From the NCBI RefSeq assembly GCF_049608145.1, contig NZ_JBMYXF010000011.1:3955-67954 (forward strand): DNA of 64,000 nt, read 5' to 3'. Each line of letters starts with the position of its first letter. Position 1 is the stretch's first letter. The stretch is from Halocynthiibacter sp. GTDB taxonomy: Bacteria; Pseudomonadota; Alphaproteobacteria; Rhodobacterales; Rhodobacteraceae. The translations under genes were made by a program, and so were the position numbers. The notes under the pieces are model-generated. The model did no database searches, was not told where the DNA came from, and saw only the letters and a list, made by a program, of their open reading frames with translations. Shown here piece after piece: positions 38,647 to 48,311 of this stretch.

Positions 38647-39825
38647 ATGGCTAATCTCAGCTTTCACCACGGCACGCGACTGTCGGAATCTAATGAAACA
38701 CCTGTTCTTGTGCAAGTCGCGCAAACGGCGGTCGTGGGCTTGTTGGGGACGGCACCAGATGCCGATCCAATTAAGTTTCCGTTGAACACCCCGGTGCTTT
38801 TGAAAGGCACGCCCACGGATGCTGAGGGGATTGGTGATGCCGGCACGTTGAAGGACGCCATCGATGATGTGTTTGACCAGGTTGGGGCTTACACCATTGT
38901 TATTCGCGTTGAAGAAGGCGTGGATCTTGCGGCGACCATGTCCAATCTTGTTGGTGACTCCACGGCTCGCACGGGTGTGCATGCGCTTCTGAAATGCGAA
39001 CCGATGTTGGGCATCAAGCCACGTTTGATTGCGGCCCCTGGCTTCACATCGGGTGACGGTTTGGTGGCAAATCCGGTGGTTGCAGAATTGGTCGGTGTAT
39101 TGGACGCCTTGCGCGCTGTGGCGTTCGTTGATGGGCCAGATACAGATGATGCGACTGCAATCCTGTATCGTCAGCTGATCGGTTCACAGCGGGTCTATGT
39201 TGTGGATCCAAAGGTTTTGGTTTGGGACACGACCACTGATGCCTATGTTGGTCGCCCTGCATCTGCGCGGTTTGCTGGTGTGCAGGCGCGTGTTGATAAG
39301 GCATTGGGCTTTTGGCATTCACTGTCGAACAGGCCAATCAATGGCATTGGCGGTGTATCGCGGCCTGTCACCTATGGCACGCATTCAAACTACCTGAATG
39401 AAAACCATGTGAATACGGTCCTCAATACCGGAGAGAGCTTTATTACTTGGGGCAATCGGGGGGCGACGGGGGATGACCTTTGGGTATTCCTTGCTGTTCG
39501 GCGCACGGCTGACTTTATCAATGAGGCCATTGAAAAAGCCTATATGGAGTTTGTCGATAAGCCATTCTCTGCGGCAAACCTTAAATTGATGATTGAATCG
39601 GGCAATTCCGCAATGCGGACATTTGTGGCCGAAGGGGCTATCCTTGGTGGCAAGGTTTGGTTGAATGATGACCTTAATTCTCCAATTCAACTGGCTTCTG
39701 GCCGTATTATGCTGTCGCTTGATTTTGAACCGCCTGCACCGATGGAAGACATCCGTTTCATCGCGCATCGCAATATCGAATATTATCTGGAACTGACAAA
39801 AACTGCGCTGAAGGGCGCGGCTTAG
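38647..39825 (+). CDS. Tail sheath (P2 FI-like)
   Basis: FHHG, GLLGTAPDAD..FPLNTPV, PRLIAAPG, SLSN, WGNR, VRRTAD. Confidence 0.95.
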   Translation: MANLSFHHGTRLSESNETPVLVQVAQTAVVGLLGTAPDADPIKFPLNTPVLLKGTPTDAEGIGDAGTLKDAIDDVFDQVGAYTIVIRVEEGVDLAATMSNLVGDSTARTGVHALLKCEPMLGIKPRLIAAPGFTSGDGLVANPVVAELVGVLDALRAVAFVDGPDTDDATAILYRQLIGSQRVYVVDPKVLVWDTTTDAYVGRPASARFAGVQARVDKALGFWHSLSNRPINGIGGVSRPVTYGTHSNYLNENHVNTVLNTGESFITWGNRGATGDDLWVFLAVRRTADFINEAIEKAYMEFVDKPFSAANLKLMIESGNSAMRTFVAEGAILGGKVWLNDDLNSPIQLASGRIMLSLDFEPPAPMEDIRFIAHRNIEYYLELTKTALKGAA

Positions 39826-39922
39826 GTCAAGTTCCTTTGAGTTCTATTCCAGTGAAATAATGCAGGCGCCTATCTAGGGCGCTTGCCTGTTGCTGCGAAA
39901 GCGGCCTTCTAGGAGACATACA

Positions 39923-40429
39923 ATGAAATCTACTCCAGCCTATATTTTGCGCAATTGCGTTATTTGGGTGAATAACGATGTTAAGGCCGGGCAGATGTCC
40001 GAAGTTGGCATCCCCGCGTTCAAAGTTAAAACTGAGGGCGTTCGCAATGCAGGCATGGTGCGTGAACGCCAACTCGCAATGGGATATGAAACTGACGACC
40101 TCAAGTTCAAGCTTACAGGGTTTGACCCAGACACAATCGTAGAAGTAACCGGGAAACCCGGATCGGATAAGCCATTCATGGTGACCGGTGCGCTTGTGGA
40201 TGAGGACGGGGTGACCAATAACGCGACGCTGTATTTGCGTGGCTTTATGAAATCCTTCGCCGGGGGAACGTGGAAGCCGGGGGACAAGGCTGAGGCTGAG
40301 TTCGAATTTGTCTGGAATTACTTCAAGTTTCAGATCGGCCAACGTGATCTGATTGAAGCCGATGATTTTGACGTCAGCATCGATGGTGTCAGTCAAACCG
40401 GCGACATCCGTTCTGCGCTATTGCTGTAA
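39923..40429 (+). CDS. Tail tube (P2 FII-like)
   Basis: R.AGM, GTWKPGDK, IDGV.Q..IRSAL. Confidence 0.9.
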   Translation: MKSTPAYILRNCVIWVNNDVKAGQMSEVGIPAFKVKTEGVRNAGMVRERQLAMGYETDDLKFKLTGFDPDTIVEVTGKPGSDKPFMVTGALVDEDGVTNNATLYLRGFMKSFAGGTWKPGDKAEAEFEFVWNYFKFQIGQRDLIEADDFDVSIDGVSQTGDIRSALLL

Positions 40430-40435
40430 GGGAGA

Positions 40436-40801
40436 ATGAAAATGGAATTCCCAATTGAAGTCACCCTGAAACGCCCAGTTAAGCTCGGCGATGAGACGCA
40501 TTCGATCTTGTTGTTTGATGAACCAGACCTTGATGCGCAACTCGCTTACGCTGAACTGGAGGCGAGTTTTGCAAAACCTCCGACCGTCATTGATGCGGGG
40601 CGGGTGACCCGGTTCTGGATTGCGCGCCTAGCGGATGTTTCTGACAAGGTCGTCGGTAAGATCAAGGGCAGCGATCTTGATGTGATCAATGAAGTCCTTG
40701 AAAAGGTGTTAGGTTTTGCATCGGGTGCTGATGAGGATGGCATATCAGATGATCCAATCTCGGGGGACGAGCCTTCGGGAAACGAACCCCCGGCAAAGTA
40801 G
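40436..40801 (+). CDS. Tail assembly chaperone gpE; -1 frameshift extension to 40950
   Basis: VTLKRPV, between tube and tape measure; slippery G GGA AAC at 40777-40783. Confidence 0.85.
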   Translation: MKMEFPIEVTLKRPVKLGDETHSILLFDEPDLDAQLAYAELEASFAKPPTVIDAGRVTRFWIARLADVSDKVVGKIKGSDLDVINEVLEKVLGFASGADEDGISDDPISGDEPSGNEPPAK

Positions 40802-40952
40802 CAGAAGATCTGCGCTTTGCCGCTGGTTTTGTGGCGTCGGTATTTTCGACGCCACTGCCACAAGTTCTGGCGATGAAGATTTCCAGCTTTAAGAAGTGGT
40901 ATGCAGCTGCACAAAAAGTGTTCGATGCAACCCGTCTGAAGTTTGAATAGGC

Positions 40953-41171
40953 TTAGTCGTCAGACAGCGGTTGCTGAAAGCTATTAAGTGCGCCCGGTTG
41001 GATCGATCCATCCGGGCCGTTTTCATCTGTGAAGGCGCGATACAGGGTGACAAGCAGCAATGCAAAGGCTCCAGCGCCCCATATGCCCCCCGCATAAACC
41101 CCAAGCGGGATTGTCGCACCAATAGCGGCGGCAATCATCAAAACAGCAAAAAACATCGCAAAAATATCCAT
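40953..41171 (-). CDS. Small two-TM membrane protein (moron)
   Basis: 72-aa hydrophobic ORF antisense within tail operon. Confidence 0.6.
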   Translation of the reverse strand: MDIFAMFFAVLMIAAAIGATIPLGVYAGGIWGAGAFALLLVTLYRAFTDENGPDGSIQPGALNSFQQPLSDD

Positions 41172-41219
41172 GCCTTTAATCTAGGCATTTTTTGACAAAA
41201 ACTCAAGGCGGGCAACACA

Positions 41220-44030
41220 ATGGCTGGCAAGCGGATCACGACTGAACTTCGAATTAAAGCAGTCGACGAATATTCAGAAAAAATCCGGAATATGTCGGGT
41301 GTTACGGGTCGCTTTGCAGCCAAGGTGCGTGCGGAAATGGGGCGACTGCAGGATTTGCGTGGCCCTTTGCGCCTGATTGAAGACTTTAAATCTGCGCAAT
41401 CCACATTCAGTCAGTCCGAGGCTGCAGTGCGGAAGTCACGCCAGCGCCTAAAAGAGCTGCGCGCGGAAATAAATGCGACCGAAAATCCAACCAAGAAGAT
41501 GACGCAAGAGTTCGATCGTGCGCAACGCGCTGACGAGAGAATGCGTCGCACTCACGAGCGAAACAAAACGGAATTATCAGCGCTGCAGGGCAAGTTGCGC
41601 TCTGCGGGTATCAATACTGGGGATCTCGCAGGGGAACAGCGCCGTCTGAGCAACGATCTGGATCGAGCCAGCGGCGCTTTTGCGCGCCAAACGCAGCGCA
41701 TGGAACGCCTGAAGACCATGCAGGATCGCTTAACTGCGGGTCGTGCGCGTATGGATCGCACCTTGGCGCGCTCTGCAAACCTTAGCTTTGTTGGCAATGC
41801 CGCGATGGCAACCGGGCGGCGTATCATCTCAGGCCTTTCGGCTCCGATCATGCAAGCGGTTGAATTTGAATCCGCGATGTCAGATGTGCGCAAAGTCGTG
41901 GACTTTGAAAGTCCTGAAGCGTTCAAAACCATGTCTGAGGATATTTTGCAGCTGTCGACACGGATCCCAATTGCTGCAACGGGTCTCGCTGAAATTGTTG
42001 CTGCAGGTGGGCAATCCGGCGTGGCTCAAGATGAACTGACCCGCTTTGCTGAAATGGCTGCAAAAATTGGCGTGGCTTTTGATATATCCGCGGGGCAATC
42101 GGGTGAATCGATGGCCCGCATAAAAACGGCTATGGATCTGGATCTGGACCAAACTGGATCGCTGTTTGATGCAATGAACCATCTGTCAAACAACTCTGCA
42201 GCGCGGGCCGACCAGACGTTGGACTTTCTAAACCGCGCAGGTGCCGACGGTGCAAACTTTGGGTTCGATAGTACGGAAACACTCGCGATTGGTGCGGCGA
42301 TGATCGCGGCAGGTGCCGGGGCGGATACGGCAGGAACATCATTTCGCAATATGGGGCGGGCGCTGACAAAAGGTGAAAGCGCGACCAACCGTCAATCTGC
42401 GGCTTACACAAAACTGGGCCTTGATGCAGGTGCGGTGGCACGCAGTATGCAGGAGGACGCTGTGGGCACCACAATGGATGTGTTGCAGCGCCTCAATCAG
42501 CTTCCGGATCATCTGCGGGCCTCTACGATGTCAGACCTGTTTGGTGATGAGGCGCGTGAGCTGACCAAACTATTGAACAACATGGAACTCATGCCTGAGA
42601 TGTTGGGCATGGTTGCGGATGAGACGCAATACCTTGGAAGCTCAGAGGCTGAATATGCTGAGAGATCGAAAACCACGGCGAATAATATGCAGTTGGCGCG
42701 CAATCAAATGACACGATTGGGGGTGAGTGTTGGTGAGGTGGTTTTGCCCGCTCTCAATGAATTGCTGACAAAGTCTCAGGTGTTTATTGATAAGATGGTG
42801 ATCTGGACGAAGGAGCACCCAAAGCTCACGAAATGGTTGGTTATCGGTGGCCTTGCCCTTGGGGCCATGGCTGTCGCCGGTGGCGTTTTGTTGACCGTGG
42901 CTGCGGGGCTTATTGGCACTCTGGCCGTTTTGCGGTTTGGGTTGGTTGGCCTTGGTGCGCGTGCAATGTTTGCTGGCGGTGGGGTTTCTAACTTGACCGG
43001 ACGATTTGGGCGGCTTGGACGAATGCGCCGTTTTAGGTTGGCACGACTGATTACTCCTCTACGTTGGGGCGCAAGTTTAATTCCTGCAATTAACTGGGGA
43101 TCTATGTTTGGCCGCTTGGGGCGGTTTGGCATGAATGCATCGGGCTGGGGGCGGTTGATTACACCGCTCAAATGGTTGGGCCGTGGGGCCTTGCGGTTTA
43201 TCCCTGTTATTGGTTGGGCAATTTTTGCTGCAGAGATTGGATACTTTGCTTGGAATTCCATCATCAAACCGCTTGGCTGGGATAAATACCTCAGCCGCGA
43301 CGGCCTTGTTGAAGGGCTCAATGGTTTGACGCCGGGGTTTGAGTGGGGATGGATTATTGATCAGATCCGCTGGACTGTGTTCTTGCCCGCTACGGCTTTG
43401 ATGTCCGCTTGGAAAGTTCTTCGCGGGGAAGCGACATGGCGCGATATCATTGAGGATATTCCTTGGATGAGTTGGTTCAACTTTGAATGGATCGATCTTT
43501 TACCTTCATGGGATTGGTCCGCAATTATACCCGATTTTAATCTTGGGGGTATGTTCGCCGCAGTGCCGGGCGCTGCTTCTGAAGTGCCAGGTGGGGCGGC
43601 TCCCTTTCAACGTGGCGCTGACAGAGGCTATGGAGGGGAGCGTGCATTGGGTGGTCCTGTTGCTGCAGGGCGGCCCTATCTCGTGAATGAAAATACACCA
43701 CGTTCTGAGATATTTGTGCCGTCAACATCGGGTGGGATTTTGAATGTCGCCCAGGCGCAAAGTGTTATGCGCAAATCTCTACAGGGTGGTGGCCGTATTC
43801 GAGCGGCTGGTCTTGCTGCACTTACATCTTCGGCACTTGCGGGGTCGGCTGCGGCGATGCCCTCTGGCGGGGCACCAGTCGGTCAATCCACCACAACGCG
43901 CGTGGAAATTGGCAGCATTCAGATCACGGCACCCTCAGGCGTTTCTGATCCTGAAGGGTTGGTCAATCTTTTGGAGGCGCGATTGGGAGACCGTATCTCG
44001 GCGACCCTTGCTGCAAGCTTTTCTGATTAA
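41220..44030 (+). CDS. Tail tape measure protein (TP901 family)
   Basis: FESAMSDVRKVVDF, N.LSNN, LFG.EA, TTAN; Trp-periodic C-terminal half. Confidence 0.95.
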   Translation: MAGKRITTELRIKAVDEYSEKIRNMSGVTGRFAAKVRAEMGRLQDLRGPLRLIEDFKSAQSTFSQSEAAVRKSRQRLKELRAEINATENPTKKMTQEFDRAQRADERMRRTHERNKTELSALQGKLRSAGINTGDLAGEQRRLSNDLDRASGAFARQTQRMERLKTMQDRLTAGRARMDRTLARSANLSFVGNAAMATGRRIISGLSAPIMQAVEFESAMSDVRKVVDFESPEAFKTMSEDILQLSTRIPIAATGLAEIVAAGGQSGVAQDELTRFAEMAAKIGVAFDISAGQSGESMARIKTAMDLDLDQTGSLFDAMNHLSNNSAARADQTLDFLNRAGADGANFGFDSTETLAIGAAMIAAGAGADTAGTSFRNMGRALTKGESATNRQSAAYTKLGLDAGAVARSMQEDAVGTTMDVLQRLNQLPDHLRASTMSDLFGDEARELTKLLNNMELMPEMLGMVADETQYLGSSEAEYAERSKTTANNMQLARNQMTRLGVSVGEVVLPALNELLTKSQVFIDKMVIWTKEHPKLTKWLVIGGLALGAMAVAGGVLLTVAAGLIGTLAVLRFGLVGLGARAMFAGGGVSNLTGRFGRLGRMRRFRLARLITPLRWGASLIPAINWGSMFGRLGRFGMNASGWGRLITPLKWLGRGALRFIPVIGWAIFAAEIGYFAWNSIIKPLGWDKYLSRDGLVEGLNGLTPGFEWGWIIDQIRWTVFLPATALMSAWKVLRGEATWRDIIEDIPWMSWFNFEWIDLLPSWDWSAIIPDFNLGGMFAAVPGAASEVPGGAAPFQRGADRGYGGERALGGPVAAGRPYLVNENTPRSEIFVPSTSGGILNVAQAQSVMRKSLQGGGRIRAAGLAALTSSALAGSAAAMPSGGAPVGQSTTTRVEIGSIQITAPSGVSDPEGLVNLLEARLGDRISATLAASFSD

Positions 44031-44041
44031 GGAGACATCAT

Positions 44042-44464
44042 ATGTCTGGACCCGTCACCATGGCCCTTGGGCCGTTTATGTTTAAGTCACATGGCTTTAG
44101 CTACACAGATGTCAGTCGGAAGCTGGATACGACCTGGGCGGAACTTGAAACCGTAGGTGGCCTGAACGCGCTGCAATGGACTGGCCCGCGTTCTGAAACC
44201 ATCACCATCAACGGGGTTTTGTTCCCCGCTGAATGGGGTGGGGCTGGAACTTTGGAAGGGGTGCGCCTGGCCGCGAAAAACGGGTTTCCGCTAATATTCG
44301 TGAGTTTAGGCGGAAAGGTATTTGGTAATCATGCCATCCAAACCGTTGATGAAGACCGCACGGTACATGATCGCCATGGTGCGCCAAGGCGGAATGCCTA
44401 TTCGATTGGATTGAAACGCATGGGGTCGGGGTTTTCTTTACGCTCTCTCTTGGGAGGGATGTGA
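44042..44464 (+). CDS. P2 gpU-like tail protein
   Basis: MALGPF.F, LQWTGP..ETITINGVLFP. Confidence 0.9.
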   Translation: MSGPVTMALGPFMFKSHGFSYTDVSRKLDTTWAELETVGGLNALQWTGPRSETITINGVLFPAEWGGAGTLEGVRLAAKNGFPLIFVSLGGKVFGNHAIQTVDEDRTVHDRHGAPRRNAYSIGLKRMGSGFSLRSLLGGM

Positions 44465-44673
44465 TGTCGTCCACATATATCACCAAAGAAAATGATGCTT
44501 TGGATTTGATTTGCGCCCGCCATTATGGTCGCCAGGCTGGTGCCGTTGAAAGGGTTCTGGAGGCAAACCCGGATATTACGCCCATTGCACATCGCCCACC
44601 TGCTGGTGTGCGAATTACACTGCCAGACGTTGTTCTGAATAAATCCAAGGGGGCGGTGAAACTATGGGACTAA
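44464..44673 (+). CDS. P2 gpX-like tail protein
   Basis: D.LDLICARHYG...VERVLEANP..LWD. Confidence 0.9.
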   Translation: MSSTYITKENDALDLICARHYGRQAGAVERVLEANPDITPIAHRPPAGVRITLPDVVLNKSKGAVKLWD

Positions 44674-45686
44674 TTACGCATCCAAAGATTCATGTTGATA
44701 TCGATGGTGTGCCTGTATCGGGGTTGTTTTTCAAACGTCTGATAAGCCTTGAAATCATTGACCGCGAGGGCATCCGTTCAGACACGTTGCGATTGGTGTT
44801 TAACGATGCTGCACCGCATTTTGACAGTCCGCGCCGAGGAGCCGTTGCCAATGTGACGATCCAACCAAATGACGGGGGTGGCGGGTTTGTTGGATCCTAT
44901 GTGATCGATAGCGTGGATTACAATTGCCACCCTTACACGATCTCTGTTGGCGGGCATTCTGCAGACCTACGCTCTGAAATGAAGACGCAAAGATCGAGGC
45001 ATTGGGATGATCGATCGGTCAAAGACATCGTGTCGGAAATCGCGGGTGCCTATGATCTGGAGGTCAAGATATCAGATGTTGTGTCGTCTCATGTCTACAA
45101 ATGGATTGGCCAGCAAGATGAATCCGATCTTCAGTTTTTGGAACGCTTGGCCAAGCGCCATGGGGCTTTGTTCACGATAAAGAATGGTGCGCTGCTTTGG
45201 CTGGAACGTGGAGTAGGTAAGACTGCAGATGGGGTCGAGGTGCCCGCTGCTGTCATCGTGTTTGAGGCAATTATCGCGGACAGTTGTCGGACGTCTGAAA
45301 CTGATGTGGATCGGTTTGGCAAGGTGAAGGCATTCTATCAGGATCGGGCAGGGGCCAAACGCCAAGAGGTTGTCGTTGACGGTGATCCAGACGCCAGCGG
45401 TGAACATGTCATTCGCGAAGCCTTCGGAACGAAAGCAGAGGCGCTGGCTGGGGCGCAAGCCTTTGCGCGTGAAATGTTGCGTGGCCTCGTGAACACCACA
45501 TGTACGATCTCAGGTCGGCCAGGTTTGATGGCGGGACAGCCTCTCTCTTATCTTGGGGTGCGACCGGGGATTGACGGAAAGCAGTTCATTTTGGGCATGG
45601 TGAAACACAATTTCTCCAAATCAAGTGGGCTTCAAACCTCCTTTAAGGGGACGTTGAAAGCCACAAAGCTGAAAGTGAAAAACTGA
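44664..45686 (+). CDS. Late control D / baseplate hub
   Basis: RLISL...D..G..SD.L, Q.DESDLQFL.RLA. Confidence 0.9.
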   Translation: MGLITHPKIHVDIDGVPVSGLFFKRLISLEIIDREGIRSDTLRLVFNDAAPHFDSPRRGAVANVTIQPNDGGGGFVGSYVIDSVDYNCHPYTISVGGHSADLRSEMKTQRSRHWDDRSVKDIVSEIAGAYDLEVKISDVVSSHVYKWIGQQDESDLQFLERLAKRHGALFTIKNGALLWLERGVGKTADGVEVPAAVIVFEAIIADSCRTSETDVDRFGKVKAFYQDRAGAKRQEVVVDGDPDASGEHVIREAFGTKAEALAGAQAFAREMLRGLVNTTCTISGRPGLMAGQPLSYLGVRPGIDGKQFILGMVKHNFSKSSGLQTSFKGTLKATKLKVKN

Positions 45687-45821
45687 AAGCGGCGGAATAG
45701 TTGAATGTTGGAAGGCGGGCAATTGTGTGGCGTTCCCAATCGTCGGAAGTTGGATGCAGGGACAGGCTCTGACGCATCCCGATGTACGAAATTATTACAA
45801 AAGTAAAAAGGAAGTAATGCT

Positions 45822-46244
45822 GTGAACCCGTCACCTCCACCAACATATATAAATGAATTGATGGTTCTTCTGATGTCAGCACTTGGCTTGCAACATTATG
45901 CGCCTGAGCTGTTCTTGGGTGGCCTCGCAATGGCCTTGGCGGGTGCGTTTGCAGCATCTCGTGTGCTTGAAACCGGCATGGTTCAACGGGCAAAACCTCT
46001 AAGCTTCCTCGGCACATTTTCGACAGGCCTGTTTGTGTCGGTCATGGCTGCTGCGGCCGCTGATGTATGGATGCCTGAAGCCCCCTTGGTGTTGATCATG
46101 GGCGTGTCGGGCTTGGTGTCGTCGTTTGTGTTGCCGCTTATCTTGAAGGTGGCGTCTCGGCTGAGTTCGCGCGCGGACGCAATCACAGATCGCGGGCTGG
46201 ATAGGATTTTGCCTGCAAAGGGTAAGAATAAGCCCAAAGATTAA
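45822..46244 (+). CDS. Putative holin-like membrane protein
   Basis: About three TM helices, basic C-terminus, first gene of lysis cassette. Confidence 0.6.
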   Translation: MNPSPPPTYINELMVLLMSALGLQHYAPELFLGGLAMALAGAFAASRVLETGMVQRAKPLSFLGTFSTGLFVSVMAAAAADVWMPEAPLVLIMGVSGLVSSFVLPLILKVASRLSSRADAITDRGLDRILPAKGKNKPKD

Positions 46245-46341
46245 AGCTGACTTTGCCCATCTTCTGAAAATACCCACCCGCTTTCGAGCGGTTTTTTTGT
46301 GCCCGAATGGTCGGGCGCTGTTTCATATGAAAGGACTATCA

Positions 46342-47139
46342 ATGTTTAAACTTGTTGAAAACTGGCGAGAAATCGCATGGCGTTCACATTCAATGTGGGG
46401 GTTCTACCTGACGGGTGCGTTCCTGCTGCTGCCTGAACTCATCTTCTATGGCTTTGGGGTCGATACCAACCCGCGCCTTTGGTGGTTTGCGGCGCTGTTT
46501 GCGTGGCTTTACGGGATGTTTGGGCGGCTTCTGACACAGGCGAAAGTTGATCGCACCACGACGCGCAGCCCGGTTCCTGTGGCCCTGATCGCAGCGGTCC
46601 TTGTTGGGGCGCTGATGTTTGGTGATTGGCGTGGCGGTGATACTCCGCTTGCAGGGCCTGACGTTGTCGAGTTGGTGGATGATGATGCGGATCAATTCTT
46701 GGCGGTCGCGGTGCCCTTTGTTGGTCGTTGGGAAGGGCTGCGTTTGGTGGCTTACCAAGACATCGTTGGGGTCTGGACGGTTTGCTATGGTGAAACCAAA
46801 GGCGTGCAGCCGGGGGATCAATATAGCCAGGCTGAATGTGACGCGATGTTGGCCGTTCAACTGATGGCCTATCGCGATGGGCTGCATGAATATCTGACGT
46901 CCGAGACGATCTCGCAGCGATTGCCGGTGCATCGTGATGTCGCGTTTACCAGTCTTGCTTATAATGTTGGCAAGGCTGGGGCGGGGCGCAGCACCGCTGT
47001 GCGCCGCCTGAACGCGTCTGACATCGCTGGGGCGTGCGAAGCGCTGACCTGGTGGAATAAGGCTGGTCAGCGTGTCGTGCGCGGTCTTGTTATGCGCCGG
47101 GCGGATGAACATGGTTTCTGCATGCGGGGGCTGGCGTGA
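46342..47139 (+). CDS. GH24 lysozyme with N-terminal holin-like TM domain
   Basis: WEGLRLVAYQDIVGVWTVCYGET (E-D-T triad), SLAYNVG, GLVMRRADE. Confidence 0.9.
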   Translation: MFKLVENWREIAWRSHSMWGFYLTGAFLLLPELIFYGFGVDTNPRLWWFAALFAWLYGMFGRLLTQAKVDRTTTRSPVPVALIAAVLVGALMFGDWRGGDTPLAGPDVVELVDDDADQFLAVAVPFVGRWEGLRLVAYQDIVGVWTVCYGETKGVQPGDQYSQAECDAMLAVQLMAYRDGLHEYLTSETISQRLPVHRDVAFTSLAYNVGKAGAGRSTAVRRLNASDIAGACEALTWWNKAGQRVVRGLVMRRADEHGFCMRGLA

Positions 47140-47537
47140 TGTCCGGTATCATCGCGTTCATGATCAAGATCGGGTTCGGTGGCATGGTCGACAAAGCCAT
47201 TGGCCACATGGAACGCCGGGCAGAACTGGCAAACGACAGTGACCGTTTGCGCGCAGAGACTGCCGTCGAGTTCGCGCGCCAGGCCGTCCAAGAAACGCAA
47301 ATCATGGCGGATTACAACAAAGCCAAACTGTCATTCCCGTGGTTCTGGATCCTTGCAGCGATGTTCATCGTGCCGCTGGCGCTCTGGTGGGCGGCGGTCA
47401 TTCTGGACAGTGTGTTTGGGTTCGCCTGGAATGTGGCGAACCTGCCGACGCCGCAAATGCAGCTATGGGCTGGCGACATGATCAAATGGTTGTTCTACGT
47501 CGGATCGGGTGTCGGTGCGATCAAGGCGTTCCGATAA
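47139..47537 (+). CDS. Membrane protein, putative holin/lysis accessory
   Basis: Coiled segment plus TM helices; coupled to lysozyme. Confidence 0.6.
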   Translation: MSGIIAFMIKIGFGGMVDKAIGHMERRAELANDSDRLRAETAVEFARQAVQETQIMADYNKAKLSFPWFWILAAMFIVPLALWWAAVILDSVFGFAWNVANLPTPQMQLWAGDMIKWLFYVGSGVGAIKAFR

Positions 47538-47629
47538 TAATCTCTGCAGGTGGGGGATCTTCTTCAGGTCTACGTCATTTTTTCCCTTTCAAAATGTTCA
47601 GGTTTACTGAGTAAATCTTGGTTTACGAC

Positions 47630-47658
47630 TTGAGTGATAGGGCCAACGGCCCTATATT
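47630..47658 (+). promoter_or_regulatory. Sigma70 promoter with palindromic operator
   Basis: TTGAGT-17-TATATT enclosing ATAGGGCC-aac-GGCCCTAT (47637-47655). Confidence 0.7.
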
Positions 47659-47701
47659 GAGTGTACAGGGCAACGAAGCCCGCCACGGAAAAGGATTTAA
47701 A

Positions 47702-47899
47702 ATGTCATTCATCAAAACGACCCCCGGAAAAGCCTGCAAGATTGTTTCAATACTGAACGCAGAATGGGTGCAGAAACCCCACTCCTTAGTAAAAGAAGCT
47801 TATGCACTAGACGGCACAATAATTGCCTATACTGATGTAAGCGGTTGGTTCACTGCTAACGCTTACGCCGATGTCGACACATCCGGTGTGGAGGCATAA
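47702..47899 (+). CDS. Small hypothetical protein
   Basis: RBS AAGGA; first gene of three-gene unit. Confidence 0.6.
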   Translation: MSFIKTTPGKACKIVSILNAEWVQKPHSLVKEAYALDGTIIAYTDVSGWFTANAYADVDTSGVEA

Positions 47900-47901
47900 G
47901 C

Positions 47902-48099
47902 ATGGATATTCTGTACGTGATAGCCCCTTGGGGTAGTAATTTGGTAGAATATGCAGAGCGTATTGAGGGGGCGATTGCTCTGGTGTGTTGCATACGCCCA
48001 TCACCATGTGGTCGCTTTATTGTTGTCGCCACTACTGATAGAGCACAGGCTATTCGGTTTCTTGAAGAAGACGGCTTTGATCGTGAGGATGTTTTATAA
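47902..48099 (+). CDS. Small hypothetical protein
   Basis: RBS GGAGG; coupled to HTH gene. Confidence 0.55.
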   Translation: MDILYVIAPWGSNLVEYAERIEGAIALVCCIRPSPCGRFIVVATTDRAQAIRFLEEDGFDREDVL

Positions 48100-48311
48100 T
48101 GAACAATATTGAGTTCAAAAAACTGCGCCAAAAGCTCGGCCTAACCTTGGCTGAGCTTGGTTCAATACTAGATACTGATCCACGTACAATTCGAAAGTGG
48201 GAAGCCGATGGTGCAGCCAGCACGTCGCGTGACCCTAATCCAATTGCTTGCCGGGTTCTGGAATGGCTCCGAGATGGATACCGTCCGTCACAGTGGCCCG
48301 ACGGTAAATAA
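48099..48311 (+). CDS. XRE-family HTH protein
   Basis: FKKLRQKLGLTLAELGSILDTDPRTIRKWE. Confidence 0.85.
   Translation: MNNIEFKKLRQKLGLTLAELGSILDTDPRTIRKWEADGAASTSRDPNPIACRVLEWLRDGYRPSQWPDGK

Noticed and set aside
33057-40429. Type VI secretion system, tailocin or gene transfer agent
   Set aside because: PAAR, gp25 and sheath genes sit with capsid, terminase, integrase and att sites, so this is a full prophage
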